Notes: generated from the letters alone by a model not told the origin. A stretch of 64,000 nt of DNA from Podarcis liolepis (GCA_965112155.1 OZ218100.1); one strand, 5' to 3'. Counted from the stretch's first letter, positions 37,700 through 51,737 are shown. Made by a program: numbers and translations.

Positions 37700-38118
37700 C
37701 TTTAAACTACTCTCTTGAGTGGAGTGCAGCCATGAACCCTTCAGTGAGCCTATACCTCCCCAGCTGAGCAGCCCCGATCCAGCTCCTGTTCCCATGCAAG
37801 CAACAACGCTGCCTAGCAGAGCAGCCCAACCCCACTCCTACCTGCCTGCAAGCAGGAGGGAAGGCAGGGATCTCTCAGAAGTGGAGCAGGCAGGGTAGGG
37901 GGTGACATCCCTTGCCTGCTCGCTTGCCGCCTGGGCCCAGCCTTCCCTCACTCAGCATTGGGGGCCGCAGGGCTGCATTCAAAATAAAAGCTGAAACTCC
38001 AAAAAACCACAAAGCCAACAAACTTGCAACTCGTGAAAAAGCAGCAACACAACAAATTGAAAAAAGCAAACCAACTGCAAATGAATCAAAATCACAAGAA
38101 AACATAAAACAACACTGA

Positions 38119-38139
38119 CCCTAACCCTAACCCTAACCC
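38119..38139 (+). repeat. Short interstitial telomere-like repeat (CCCTAA)3.5
   Basis: ccctaaccctaaccctaaccc read directly. Confidence 0.85.
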
Positions 38140-38244
38140 AGTCCTCTCCTCACTCCTCCCCTACCCCTGGCACGGAAGCTACGGCACCAGGGCTTCAGGC
38201 TTTGGATTCGCTTGCGAGCCCTCCTCCCCCACCCCCAGCATGGA

Positions 38245-38329
38245 AGCTATGGCTCTGCTGGGGCGTGCATGCCCACAGAGGGCTCTGAGTGCCCGCTCTG
38301 GCGTGCGTGCCATAGGTTTGCCACCACTG
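38245..38329. mobile_element. hAT element right end
   Basis: GGCGTGCGTGCCATAGGTTTGCCACCACTG resembles the CAGTG.TGGC.AACCTATGGCACG hAT terminus in reverse. Left end not located. Confidence 0.6.
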
Positions 38330-39851
38330 CTATATAGTCTAGCTGATCACTGCCTGAAAGGTTTACTGGAAGCACAGTAGTGAGTGTCGGGTGCGTAATA
38401 GGGCTTCTTTCGCGATCACTAGGACTTAAGGCTGTAGCAGCTACCCATGGAATTGGACAAAATGCTGTTTTCCAAATATCCCAGCTAGACGCAATCCTTA
38501 CATGCACTGAAGGTTTGTATAACTTCTAATAATCTTGCAAATTTTGAATTTATTTTTTTAAATACTTTGTTTGGGGATGTTAAATCTTAGTGATTTTTTT
38601 CTTAGTGCCAAGATCAAGTTAGGACTTGCGAGAAACTTTTCTTAAGTATAAAACAGGAATGGGCCTTAGGTACGTAAGAGATCCATGCCCACTCAGATTT
38701 GTACACGTTGGGCTCAGTTTACACATTGAGGTGTGAGAGCTTGCTGGTTGCTTACATGCTATTGGAGATGGGCTCCCTTCTGTCAATTTGCAAGCCCTGA
38801 ATAGAAAGAAGCCCTTTTGGGAACTCCGTTTTCCACAGCTGGAGCAATAGCCTCCACGCTTGGCTAGGGCAAACAGATGCTTTAGAGCTATACAACTAGT
38901 AGTGCTAGGATGATGTGTTAGTGAGACACCTCTTCCCACTTATCTCCTGCCCCTTCAGGTAGTGATGAGTTGTGAATGCTGGAATAGAGCCTTTGGTTTT
39001 AAACAGCCTGAAGGCATCCTTTCACATGGTTGGTTGCTATGTGAACCAGTTTCTAGAGGGATAACCATATTCTGCAGCAAAAATTAGACTTCCTAGTGCC
39101 TTTTAAGCCTTAAATTTACTAGGGACAAGCTATATCACGGGTTCATGCAGCCTAGTGGTGTATTCTGCCTAGCAGCTCTGATTGCAAGATAGGTGTTTCC
39201 CTGGCCTGCTGTGATCCTTTAAATGGGATTAAACCTTCCATTCTGTTTTGGATGGCAAAAATCAAAAAATTATATGGCAAACAAGAAAACCCTCTTAGGG
39301 TATTTTGATTTTGTCTGAAATTATTTCCTTTACATACTCAGTTTTCTCAAGTTATTAAAACCTCTAGGTGCTATAGATACAGTTCTCAAATCCTCATCTA
39401 TTTCAAATTCCTCTTGTGTTTTGCAGTATAGGAAATAAATTTGCTTGTTCTTCAGTACATTGAAATAAAATATGCAGACTCACAAATGGATGTTTTTCCA
39501 GAGAGATGCTAGAAAAGAGGAATTGTAGCATATGCACCACCCCGCCATAGTTACCTCACAGGTTTTCATATTTTGTGTGTGGTTCTGGATCTATAGTTCA
39601 TCTCCATATATTCGTCATTAAGTAGAATAATTTTCTCTCCCTGTTACTGGTTAATCCATTGCCCCAGCTGCCAAACTAAAATATGTTTAGAAACCTGGGA
39701 AGAATTTTCCTCCCTTCACACTTGCTGGAATTAAGGAATTCATGATTGTTCTATGAACACAAACAATACAGTTGTGGACAAAGTTAGTAAAAACACGCTT
39801 CTTGTAGAAGTCTGGCTTATGGACTTTGTTTAGCTCACTACAGAATGAAAG

Positions 39852-39940
39852 ATGAGCCTGGATCAGGCCAATGGCCCATCTAGTCCAGCATCTCCACAGA
39901 GGCAAACCAGATGCCTGCAGGAAGCCCATCAAGGGGGCCT
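39852..39940 (-). mobile_element. CR1 LINE 3' end fragment
   Basis: gagcctggatcaggccaatggcccatctagtccagcatc...ccagatgcc is a typical reverse-strand squamate CR1 tail. Confidence 0.65.
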
Positions 39941-42613
39941 GATCACAAGTAACCCATGTACTGTAATCAGTCTGAAACCAGAATCTCTGTTACTGCAATA
40001 TGTGAAATAACTATGCTTAATAGTTGCTTAGAAATGCAGTTAGCATTTGATACGTAATACAGAAAGTAGATTGTGACCATAAAGCACTGTTGACAAGGAC
40101 ACACGATCTGGCACTTGTAAAATACAAATGTGTAATTAAAACCCCGTTATTCCAGTTCAACCCATGAATGATAGAACTGAACCTTTTGATAAATTGCAGT
40201 TCAGTGGAGTCTCTGAGCTCTCTTTGAAGTCCCCCCATTTTAAGAACAGTCAAGCGACCCATCATTAAGCAAGAAAAGGGATTAGATTCAGGATAATTTG
40301 AAGGATATCAAAGCTGCTACCCAGGATGTTAAGCCCAAATTTCATCATTCAACTATGCTTATTTCCAGTTCATGTTGCCTTTCAGAAGTGGTTCAGTAAC
40401 TTGTTCAACCCACTAAGAAGCAGTTCAGATACATTTCGTACAGGTAATCAAATTCTGAGTGCTACATGAAGTGTAAAATGAGAATATTCAAATGTTTAAA
40501 ACATGTCATTTCCTTGTACTAGTAACACACCCTACAGAGGTTTGTCATTTCACTTGACCAGAAAACAAGCACACGCTAAGCCTTGCTGGTATGCTGCCCA
40601 AAATGGTGCCCTTGTTCTCTCTCTCTCTCTCTCATGTAGCATTTTAGGTACTCTGCAGGCAATGAAGCACTATGATGAGTGTTTCCCAGCTCCCTCTTCA
40701 AATGTCTGGCTGCCAGTGGTGGTGGGAGAAACTCGTAATAACCTATCAAATCGCAAGTGTACTTGTAACACTACAGCAGGGAGATTTTGCCATGTGAATG
40801 CTGTTTTTGGTGGGCGTACTGCTGGAGTGGGCCACCCTCAGTCTGCTTTTGTGTGTTCCCTAGAGCTATCTGACTTATTTTCCTCATACTTGTACTTGTT
40901 GTGATGAGGAGAGAAAACACTGAGTGAGAAGAGGAAGAAATATATATTACCACAACCATTTCTTGCACGCACGCACACACAAACACATTCACATTCCCCT
41001 ACCTCCAAAGTAGTATGTGACACTTGGGGGGGGGGGGAATTGCCCACTCCTGGTGTACTTCAAAATGCATAAAACCACAAAGTTTGATAACTACTGACTT
41101 AGGGGGGGAAAAGATGATGAAATTTTTTATTACTATTAGCTATAATTTGACCACGCACTTCCTTTAGGATCCCAGGGCAACAAATAGATAGGCAGTTAAA
41201 ATCTTGAAGGGATACAAAACAGTATCAGCAAAACAATTTAAAATACATAATTCACAGTACAGACAAGGAAGAACATGTCATCAGCCGTCTTCACCCTTCC
41301 CCAAAGATCCAGATAAACAAGTAGGCCTTTAGCTGTCAGCGGAATGATATTTGTGCAGGGAAACTAACTCTTAGGAGAAGATCCATAGGGTGCCACAGTG
41401 GAGAAAACCCTATTCCCATGTTTTCATTTTGACAAAGCCTGTTGGTTGGAGATTTCAAGTAGGACTAAGACATCTGTAAACATTTTGATGAAATTTATGC
41501 CTACACATTTATTAGTCCCACTTGAAATCTCCCACAAGCAAACTTGATAACTGTCTGTTGCTCCTTGGAGAAGTAGGTTAAAGTCAATCTGAACTAGCTA
41601 GGTGCTTCTGATTGAAGAGACCGTCATATTTAGTGCATCGTCTGGATAGAAATTTTGGGGCAATTCCAAATTTGAATATGCTTTATTTAGATCAGGACAG
41701 CAAAATAACTAATCAGAAAGAAACAGTTTGTGCTTGGTGTGGGGAGTTGAGATAAATGCAGGATAACTCACTTTCTGAGTCCTTTTTCCAATTTCCTACA
41801 AAATACATTCTTTTGTCCATGTCTCTAGAGTTAAAAGAGACAAATGCTCTCTCATCCTCAAAAGAACCTCCTAACTTCCTGGGACAGTTACTGGTTTTTC
41901 TGTTTATGGATTCAGTTTCAAGACTGAACCAGTTCATCAGTTTGGGCTCCTACTTCTGGCCCAGGCCAAGAGCTATGTTTTTCCTGAGCTGTTCCTACGT
42001 ATGCTGCGTACGGGGGAAAACATGTTTAAATCCTTCCCTATTTAAAAAAAACTGCACAAAACAAATTAGCATGTTTGGGAGAAGAGTTCAGCCTATTTTT
42101 CTCCCAAACATGCTTATTTTTCTATGGATAACTTATTCCCCACATACACAGTAGTACAATACTGGAAGTGCTTCCCTCAATTCTGGCAAATGTGTCACAG
42201 TTGTGGCAAAATATGCACCACACAGTGAGACATAACCCATATAAAAGCCTTATTTTACATGGCACAGACTACTGCATCATTACATAATTTCCTGCTATAC
42301 AGCAGATAAAAAAACTGCAAGTGTGGGTACAGCTTTAGTAAGCCAGTCTTTGGTTGTCTGCTTTCTAAACAAAGGTACAGTATCTTAAAGAAGGATCAAT
42401 ATACTTGGAAATATACATGATTTCTTGGAAACAACCCCCAATTCAAGCTTTGGTCTAACCTCAGTGAATTCAATAGTTTCGTTAGCAGCAAGTGTCTATA
42501 CATTTATTATAAGACTTGCTGAATGTGAAGAATAAAGCTGAAGTCCAGCAAACACAAGGCTGTTGGGATTATCTTCACAATCTTCTCAAACTTCCCTTAT
42601 CATTCACAAGTTA

Positions 42614-42646
42614 TCAGAAAAGAACTCTGCCAAGTTCAAACATGAC
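42614..42646 (-). CDS. RMND1: RMND1 last coding exon
   Basis: tttgcag|VMFELGRVLF*. Coding exons sum to 1344 nt = 447 aa plus stop. Candidate AATAAA on the minus strand at 42503-42508. Confidence 0.94.
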   Translation of the reverse strand, partial: VMFELGRVLF

Positions 42647-43934
42647 CTGCAAAAGAAATAGAATTTTATTACATTTTTTTCCAAGTGTTTTCATTGGTAA
42701 TGAAAGTCAACAGATCCAAACTCTTCCTTACAGTGGTATTTAAAACCTCACTTAAAAAAACACACACCCTAATGCTAACTAATACAAATAGGGCCCCTTA
42801 CTCCAGCACAAGCAATCTGTTCAGCAGCTAAAGGCAAAGGGATGGTTAATATTTTCATAAGTGACAGAAGATTCTAATGTTGCTCACTCACCCATATAAG
42901 CCTGGTGGCTAGAAAGATAAAGAAACAGTACTATTCATGCAAGCAAAGGCCTCTGTAAGTCAGAGGTAGGCAGGTGGGGAGGGGATAGGATGACAGGATA
43001 ACAGCCTTCTTTCAGACACTGACTTAAAAGGTGGTCACTGAACAGCTCCTTTCATCAGCAGGTACTACTTGAATTGTTATTCAAAGTCTTCTGCTTTGCT
43101 CTCGCACTTGCACCTCAGTGTGTGGGGAGTGACTGGGGCTCTGATTTTGTACATAGCAGTTCCTTAACTGGAGAGAACAGTTCCCAGCCACTGCTTGACT
43201 TAACAGGTGTAACTGCTGTTGATTGCCCCCAAAAACCAAATGCATTTGTAGTTTGCGAAATAAAAAGTACACAAATTCCAGTAACACAGGAAGGAGGTAA
43301 TTACAGATCAATATGCATTCTTAACTTAGAAATGCATCATGTGACATAGAAAACAGTGTAGACAATGTAACTTGTGGCTTTCAGGGCATGTAAACTCAGA
43401 AAGCCATGAATACGCTTGGCACTTGAACTACATGCAGGTTACATACCATCCCATGATGGAATTTTGTGATGTGAAGACGTCCTAGAGGACTAATTTTGAT
43501 TTCTTCTTCTTACATATAGGTAAAAATTATGCTGGTGCAGCGTGGTGGCCAAGTTGCTTGTTCAAATCTCATTTAATCAAAGTCCCTATTCTCTCAGTTT
43601 CAGTTTGGCATTTATGATTTAGGGATAATACTGGCCTACTTTATAGTTCTGTTGCCAGAATCATCAAAATAATGTGTGTGAAGCATTTTGAACACTAGAG
43701 AGTGCTATATCTACATAAATTCCTAGAGGATATTTACAAAATTCTCCCCAACTTTCCCGCATCATGTTTAATTAAATTGAAATTGTATCAAGACGTGATT
43801 CAGTGAACTTGCTAACATTATAGGAAGTGATATACTGATTGTACTCACAAGGAAAGAGCTCAATACATGTTTGTTTCAACAAAGCTGTTAAGTTCATACT
43901 AACACTGCACAGCAGCACATTGTTGCAGACTTAC

Positions 43935-44051
43935 CTCTATGGTGATGAGTATCACTATCATCCACTCTAAACGCAAAGCATGTTTTTCACTCAAATGATT
44001 TCTCATCAAATCTGTCAGCTCTGTGCAGTGCTGGAGCTTTTCATTCACCAC
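43935..44051 (-). CDS. RMND1: RMND1 coding exon 10
   Basis: [39 protein letters not shown]. 117 nt. Confidence 0.95.
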
Positions 44052-44955
44052 CTGCAACAGAGGAACTGGTACTTCAGAAATCCTTGGGTAAACAACTTGT
44101 TCAAGGTATTCTCACCTAAACAGCTTATCCACTGAATGGGGCTTAATGAACATACTGAAGTTTGATGAACTATATCAGAACTGATGTTTCTATCAATGAA
44201 TGCAGCAGAGCACCCAACACCATAAAGTTAGCATTAGGAGTTTTGACATCTCAGTGTTAGCAGATTTATTGAACTGTCGTTTACAAATATAGACCACAAT
44301 GACTACATCAGCCAGAACTTTGTTCATTAATAGTTACTAAAATTGAACAGTTTCTAAAGTTTTGGGTTTAAGTAATGGAAGATGAAGGCAAAATCCAACT
44401 CAATCCAGTGCAAAGCGTCAACTTGTAAAGGATTCCCATAGACTTAACTGAACTATAATTTCTCCTCCCCTACATGCATGTGTGCATAAGCATGGGATAG
44501 CTGCAAACCATGAAGAATGAATTAGAAATGACTGCATTCCTCTCATATCTCCATCAAACACTCCTGTCTGTTCAATCAAGTGACAATCAAGCTGGACTGC
44601 CCTAACTGCAACATATTTTCAAAATAATGTCCCTTTCAAATGCATTTTAGCAAAAAGAGTGCAGTTTTGGACTCTTATCACCTGGAGGGCAAAAATCAGC
44701 ACTTCCTCAAGACCTTGTTTACATAATACAGCTCCTAGTTCTTACCAATGGAGACCCTATTTCAAACCAAGTACCAGCCACATAGGAATCAGAGAAACTC
44801 ACTAATGTAAGACTTGTACAGGCCTGCCAGAGTTTTCACAGGCAGCTATGGAACCACACCTATCAGCAGGAACAGCAGTTAATAGATTGTCAAAAGATTC
44901 ATTGTGATAAGCAGATTAATATCCTTTAGGAGAGAAAACCTGGCTTCGTGGGAAT

Positions 44956-45126
44956 CAGGTTACAGATGCTTCAGGTTACAGACGCCGCTAACCCAGAAAT
45001 AGTACCTCGGGTTAAGAATTTTGCTTCAGGATGAGAACAGAAATTGTGCGGTGGCGGCAGCCGGAGGCCCTATTAGCTAAAGTGGCACCTCAGGTTAAGA
45101 ACAGTTGTTAACCCGAGGTACCACTA
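44956..45126. mobile_element. Tc1/pogo MITE family C, partial, inverted
   Basis: Reverse-complement match to 16270-16478 and 52193-52407. One terminus CCCGAGGTACCACTA|TA. Confidence 0.85.
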
Positions 45127-45807
45127 TAATGCGGGATGAGCTTGCTATATGAGAAAACTATACTGCAATGAACAAAATTAAATACAATACCAGCAAGCCA
45201 GCTCTGAGTAGGAATGGAAAAAAACTGGACATATTACCCAAGAGAAAGAGAGAATAAGATTTCCAAATAGCTAGTTCCACCTTGCTAAGAAAGCAAACAG
45301 AATACCAGTTTACTACAGGGATTGGTTTTTTTTGTTTGTTTAAAATTAATGGCATGATGCCCTAAACCACGTAATGTTCTGCATGTGCACTGCCCCATGG
45401 AAGCCCTTTGCTCCTAGAAAAGCTGCTCCCAAAATTTGGTGGACCCTCTGGAATGGCCTGTAAAGAGGGTAGTATACACCCTGTGAAGTGGGAAGAATCA
45501 ACAATCCCCCAGCCAATACTAGGCAGAAGTATCTTCTAACTACACATGGGTCACTTGACGAGTCCATGCCCATATTCTTGCTCATCAGCAATGAAATACT
45601 TGTACACAATAAGTGCCTTTATTTACTTAAATTTATGTCCTGTCTTTCCTCCAAGAAACCCAAGGTGGCACACACGACCAAGAAAACAGAAGAAGGAAAT
45701 GGAGAAGGATGAAAAGTTTAAGACTTCTTTGAGGAGAACCAATCTGTGAACAATTGGCAAAAACTGAAGTTTTTGCTGCAGCAAGAAAGCTGGAATTGTG
45801 TACCTAC

Positions 45808-45928
45808 CTTAACTCTGCGACTAATGCTGAGAAACTGGCAAGTTTTATCATATAACTGTTCAAGATGCTCTCTATCCCAATAGAAATCTGGAGTCATCAG
45901 CAGGTCGGAACTCAGATTTATGCGGTGC
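45808..45928 (-). CDS. RMND1: RMND1 coding exon 9
   Basis: [41 protein letters not shown]. 121 nt. Confidence 0.95.
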
Positions 45929-47504
45929 CTGAGGAAAGGTAGGTAAATACATAGATTCAGAGCAATTATGGGTGGTTCTTCCCTCCTAATCTGAGTTAAT
46001 AATTATACCTAGGTGGTTCAGATGTAATGCCAAACCATGGTTTGACACAAAATGAATAAGCACTGGAAAACTCTCAGGCTTACACAATCCATTTTTCTAT
46101 CACATGCTACAGCTGCTTCACTTGCTTGAAGAAAAATAATAATTTTCCAGTACCAACAAAATGGCAACCTATAGTGTGCCTCACACCAGGAAAATATTAT
46201 TTTATCAGAGTGAAAAAGGGGTATTCCAGGCTCCTTTTTGTGCCAAACCATGAAGGCTCTATGAAGGCTATACTGGTCACTCAAAACAAAGTGATGATTT
46301 TCATATTCCCTTATGGGCTTCTTTGAGAGGAAGCCTGGACTATAAATTTTAAAAGTAAATATTCATTACTTTAAAAAGGTACAAATTTAATTAAGAAATT
46401 GGGCGGGATTCACCTAATGAATCCTGTCAGTGGAAGTCCTGCAGAAGGGGTTCCACAACAGGGCTCCCCCCCCCATGCCCCCCCCATTGGCGCAGGAGAA
46501 GCTTCAGAACAGCACATGGAAATTGTTCTGTCTGGCACACTGATACACTTGCGCAGACGGAACTTTTGGAATAGCAGGACATTGAATTCCACCCATTATT
46601 TTTGAACAAACAACTATGTTTGTTACTGAACCGCTTTTTTCCCTTGACTACACTATCCTACCAATAAGATCTGGAAACAATCCTGCTCTCTGGTTAAGAC
46701 CTGTTCCTGCAGCAAGACTTCTCATGATTAGTACTTCTCAGTGGTACTTCTAAATTCTTATGATTAAAGGATTTAGGGCTTATCTCCCATCTCTAAACAA
46801 AAAGAGATTCCCTGCTCTCAGCAGCTGATCTAAGCTTTATTTACCATTACCCTTCACAAATCATTCAGGTCTATTACAGACATTCCTAGAAACAGGATTT
46901 GGGGAAAATACAGAACTTGTCAAGGTTATAACAGACACACTTGCTTATGCTCTTATCACATATGAAGGCTTAAATGCAGCTGCACCGTACACTGTAGCTC
47001 TTAAAAACTGTTACAATAAATCCATAATGTTATTCAATAAGATTTCCATTCAACTGAAGATTCTAGTTTCATGTTTAATAAACACCAGTTAACAGGGTAC
47101 GTATTTCCAAGTGTTTAGATAATATGGTGCTAACTGGGGTGTGTAGGAAGAGACATGACTGCATCGTGCTCTTCCACTGTATTTAACATTTTTGTTTCTA
47201 ATCCTTGGTGCCCTAAATCGATCCACCTCTTGCAATTAGTAGGCTTGACTTTGGGTGTGAGCTTAGGATATCTTTAAAAAGATGATGCTAGATTTCTATA
47301 GGAAGTTTTGCTTCTTAAAAGGGAACCAATAACTGTGTTGGTAGTGAAGGCAGGGGGTAGAAAACGAAGGTGGCTGGAAGTGAAGGATCAAAATATATTG
47401 TAAACGTCTTCAGGATGCCTTGTGGGAAGCTATTTATAATTGAAATAAATAACAACGAAGTGTCCTGGAAATTAAGTTAAGTTTCCTTGTTTTAATGAAG
47501 ATAC

Positions 47505-47581
47505 CTCAACGCAAATAATTCCCCAATTTTCTGCATCACATCAGCATGAGAGAGCTTCACCTTCCTTCTTGACTTTAGTAT
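47505..47581 (-). CDS. RMND1: RMND1 coding exon 8
   Basis: ILKSRRKVKLSHADVMQKIGELFAL. 77 nt, following a 96-nt intron. Confidence 0.95.
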
Positions 47582-47677
47582 CTGTTAAAAAGAGAGTAGT
47601 GAGACGTTAAGAGCGAATATATGTTGCAAATAGCTCAATTTAATAATAGTACGGAAGACCAATGAAGCAGTGAATAC

Positions 47678-47742
47678 CTCAGGTATTGACTGGATAGATT
47701 CTACAAAATTATCCAATGATGATTCCCAAATTGCCAGCTTCA
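47678..47742 (-). CDS. RMND1: RMND1 coding exon 7
   Basis: VKLAIWESSLDNFVESIQSIPE. 65 nt. Confidence 0.95.
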
Positions 47743-47829
47743 CTACATTAGGGAAAAGTACAAGAGATTTATTATTCAAGTTCACTACCCTTTAATGTTT
47801 TCACAAAACCAAGTCCCTACTTTCAATTA

Positions 47830-48254
47830 CCATATTTTTCCGCCTTTAAGACACCCCCAAGTATAAGGACACCCCCCCCATTTTTGGGGACTCAATTTTA
47901 GGAAAACAAGGGGAGATGGCCCAAAGTTGTTGAGCCTCTCCCCCTACACAGCTGCAGGCAGGAAACACTCCCTGCATCATTTCCCATGTGCAGCAGCATC
48001 GGGGGAAGTTGCACTCCCGCCAATGAGCTGGCTGGCTGCACGCAGCTTCTCCCCCCCCCCCCCAGCAGATGCGGGCAGGAATCACCCCCTAGATCGCTCG
48101 CTGCGGCATCGGGGGAAGCCATGCTCCTGCCGACTGGCTGGCTGGTAGCACACTGCTCCCCCCCCCATATGCCACTATCCGTGTATTGGATGACCCCAAT
48201 TTTTAACATGATTTTTGAGTCAAAAAACCTCGTCCAATACATGGAAAAATATGG
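47830..48254. mobile_element. Tc2/pogo-type non-autonomous element
   Basis: TA|CCATATTTTTCCG...TGGAAAAATATGG|TA. GC-rich interior. Confidence 0.85.
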
Positions 48255-48833
48255 TATATGATGTCTTCGCAAGGAACCTAAAAAATGCATGCTTGAGGGC
48301 CAAAACAGATGTCAGGTGGGAGACTTGCAATCAGACTTCCCAGTTGTTAGGAATTAAAAACAAACTTTAAAACAGCAATGGAGTAGGGATGTCCAGGTTT
48401 TAGTGACAGCAGGTAATAGGTGGTAAACTCCCAATCTAAATCCTCCCCACCACAAATTATTAGCCTTAGGCTACTTCCTGCAAAGCTGAATTGCTTTAAG
48501 TGGCACTGAACTCCAGAAGTAACTCAAGAAATTGCTTATCATTTGAATTTGATATCAAGAAGGAATTGTCCAAAACAGACATAGCAACACACATTTTAAG
48601 GATACTTTATCAGTGTACCTCTGTAATGATCTCTGAAGTTCACTTCAAGTTCTTTGCATCATGCCGAAGTAATACTACTATACATAACTTATCTCTGGTG
48701 CACATTCCCAAGCTATCCTCATACACACATTTTAGGTAACACTTTGGGGAAAAGTTTTTCGCAGCACATGCTACACATCCCAAATTCTGATGCAAAATGC
48801 TGCTTAGAAAGCCTGATGCAATATATCACTTAC

Positions 48834-48940
48834 CAGAAAGGCAAAGAGCATTTGAAAAAGCAAACTTCTCTAGAGTAATTTCATCAGGATCTAGTTCCGA
48901 ATTTATCAGGATTTCTCCTCTATGAAGCTTTGACTGTGCT
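48834..48940 (-). CDS. RMND1: RMND1 coding exon 6
   Basis: [35 protein letters not shown] (DUF155 region). 107 nt. Confidence 0.95.
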
Positions 48941-49744
48941 CTGTAAAGAGCAAGAGGAATACTTTAATTGACCACATGCACCAAAACAGAATATGCCTAG
49001 TATGAATCCATGACACATAGGAACTAGCTATACTATACTTTAAAAACAAAAACAAATCAGAGCACCTAAGAACATGCTTAGTTCCCGTCACAGATAATGG
49101 AAGAAAACTTCAGACTTGTTGAGCTTCTTTTTCAACTCTATTTGTCAAACAAGAAAAGCTCTTCGCCTGAACAGGGAGTTTCAAAAGCTGCTTAGCAAGT
49201 TATTTGGGAATTTTTTTTTAAAGGGGCAAGTATATATGCTGGCCGACTGAGGCAACAGAACTCTCAGTGGCCCATTGCAATTCCTTTCTGAGGTCAGTTG
49301 CATCCACCATTACTTTCTCTTAAGTTAGTGCAGGTGATTCTTAAGGTTAATTTATCTTGGAATGAGTGTCAGTTGGTGCAGACTGAAGATACTGGTTGGA
49401 TGTGTGCAATCGCTTGCTGATCCATGTCCCTTGTGGCTTATAAAGGGACCAATGAAGTTATTAATACAGTACCTCATTACGAGAGGCAGTGGTCCCCAGT
49501 TCCCTAAAGGTTTTTATTATTATTTAAATAAGAATATTTTTGTGCTCCCTGTCTCAAAGATGGCAATGGCAATACTTTCTTACTTTGCAAAGGAATTGCA
49601 AATGCAGCTTTATTACAAAGATTATGGGAGGTCTAAACAAGCTGGCAGAGTAGCGTAAATATTTAGCAATGTTTTCAGGAAACAAATATATGCAAGAAGC
49701 TACATTGCACAGAAACTAGCACTTGATGACATACAAACACTTAC

Positions 49745-49845
49745 TCTCCTAATCTGTAGTTCATCTCTTCATTTTCCCAGTGAACAAGCGCAACTTCGTA
49801 TGGCTGAATTTCATGCCTTTCCAGCATTTGCATGATACTCTTCAT
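49745..49845 (-). CDS. RMND1: RMND1 coding exon 5
   Basis: [33 protein letters not shown]. tag|...|gtaagt, 101 nt. Confidence 0.95.
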
Positions 49846-50728
49846 CTAGAAAAGATCCTGCATATTAGAATTGCTGACAAATGCTAGGAGGTCATCATAT
49901 AAACCTGCAGGCTAACAGTCATGGTACCTTCAGCCAGTTTTGAAATACCATGGAGAGGGAGGGTGGAACTGCACATCACAAGGAAAACAACTCCAGCTTT
50001 TCCTTACAATGCAAATACAAGGGCAGAGAGAGGCATACTTACAAAGGGAGAATTGACCTAGGAGAGGAGATGCTTCACACTTCCCATCTCTCAATCCCTC
50101 CCCCAGAAAATGGTCTCAGGCAGTTTTTGTTTTTTTCTTAACCTGGGCTCTGAAACTGGAAGCAAGCCCATTAGAGGAATAAACCTTAAAAAGAGGAGGG
50201 TGTGCGAAGGAAGGCTAAAATGGTATGTGTGAGAGAGGTTAAGCATCCCTGCCTCCTACTACTTTCCCCCCTACAAGCAACCTCTGACACCACACTTCTG
50301 TAACTTTGCTAGGCGCAGATGTAGGACTCTGTGCTTGCAAAGGCAAAATATAACTCCTCTCAGAGTCTGGCTCTACTTTGCACATGGCCACGACCCATAA
50401 TATCTTCTGTCTCATCTCATCAATTTCCTACAATTTTCTACACTGACAACATTGTCTTTATTCTCAAATAATAACTTGCAGAAATACATCATTGTGAATA
50501 ACTTAGTTTTTTTAAAAAAATAAAAGCATCAAAAGACATGGGACAAAAACTCTCACTGCCCTTCATATACAATTTTTTTAAAAAAACTGAAAAATTAGAC
50601 TGTAAAATGGAAAAAAGATACATTAATAGCATTTGCTAAATCTACACTTAAATCTAGCCAAACCATTTTATTTTGTGGAACTGCAAAGACCAATGGAGTT
50701 TACCTCATAAAATTTGGCTTCCACTTAC

Positions 50729-50768
50729 TGTTTTTTCTTCAACATTCCAGAACACAACAGATCCTTCC
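50729..50768 (-). CDS. RMND1: RMND1 coding exon 4
   Basis: REGSVVFWNVEEKT. cag|...|gtaagt, 40 nt. Confidence 0.94.
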
Positions 50769-51661
50769 CTGTATGAACAGAATTTCAAGGTGGTGTTAGC
50801 AGCACAGATTATGTTTCATGCTTACATGTGTATTTCTTGGCAAGAATAAATACTATTCTAGATAAGGATGGGGAGGAATTTAGTTTGTTCCACTTTAAGT
50901 GAACTGACATAATTCACACCCAAATTAATACACAATCAAAACAAAATTATACTTTTAAGATTTTAGTGGCAATACGTGGCTCAGAAACATACAGATGCAT
51001 ACACTGAGGGGAAAATACATATTTAAATAATATTTTGTGATTAAAAATTAAGTACATAAATACAATTTTTAATGGAGTTTTAAAAAACCCAGAATAAGGC
51101 AGAAGCAGCATGGAATCAATTTATGACTGTACTGATGTGAAACTGACACAGACTGAATATAGACTGTTAAACCTACAGTCCTCAACTCATCCAAAATTTT
51201 AAATCTTAGTTATCTGGCTTCATGTGATCAATTAACCAATTACTATGGTGATGGTGTGTTTATGAGGGTTCAGAAAATATTAAATAGCTTTAAAAAAACT
51301 TTTAAATGGTTGCAATTATTTATTCTCAAAAAAATATAGAGTGCAGAGGCTGGCCATCACATAGTACAATTCTATACATATCTAGAAAGGCATGAAATTG
51401 CAGTTGTCAGTCCTTGCCCCTGTACTCATTGAGAATTACTCTGGAGTTTGTGTATAGCTGATGGCCTTAGGAAAGCGCTGCCACCCCAGCCTCCTTCATT
51501 ACAGCAAAGAGGGAGGGGGAAAGATCTGTAGTTGCTTGGGGGTTAAGGCCTTTTGAAGCCCAAGTCCCAGAGTTGCTATCAAGCTAAGCAATAAAACCTA
51601 TCATTTTGTGTTACAATATTTTTTTTAGTTCACATGCACTTTATTGCTGGGCATTGTTTAC

Positions 51662-51737
51662 CTGAAGAAAAAAATTATTCCAGGATCATATTCTTTCGCT
51701 GAGCTTTCTGTACCAATCACCAAAACGTTTGCTGCAT
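51662..51737 (-). CDS. RMND1: RMND1 coding exon 3
   Basis: [29 protein letters not shown] boundaries, 76 nt, phase-consistent. Confidence 0.95.

Noticed and set aside
36539-37795. Long overlapping ORFs (185-278 aa) as a transposase or novel gene
   Set aside because: Low-complexity translations open in several frames of GC-rich DNA, mostly with non-ATG starts and no hAT DDE, BED or dimerisation motifs. Only the short candidate exon is retained as a finding.
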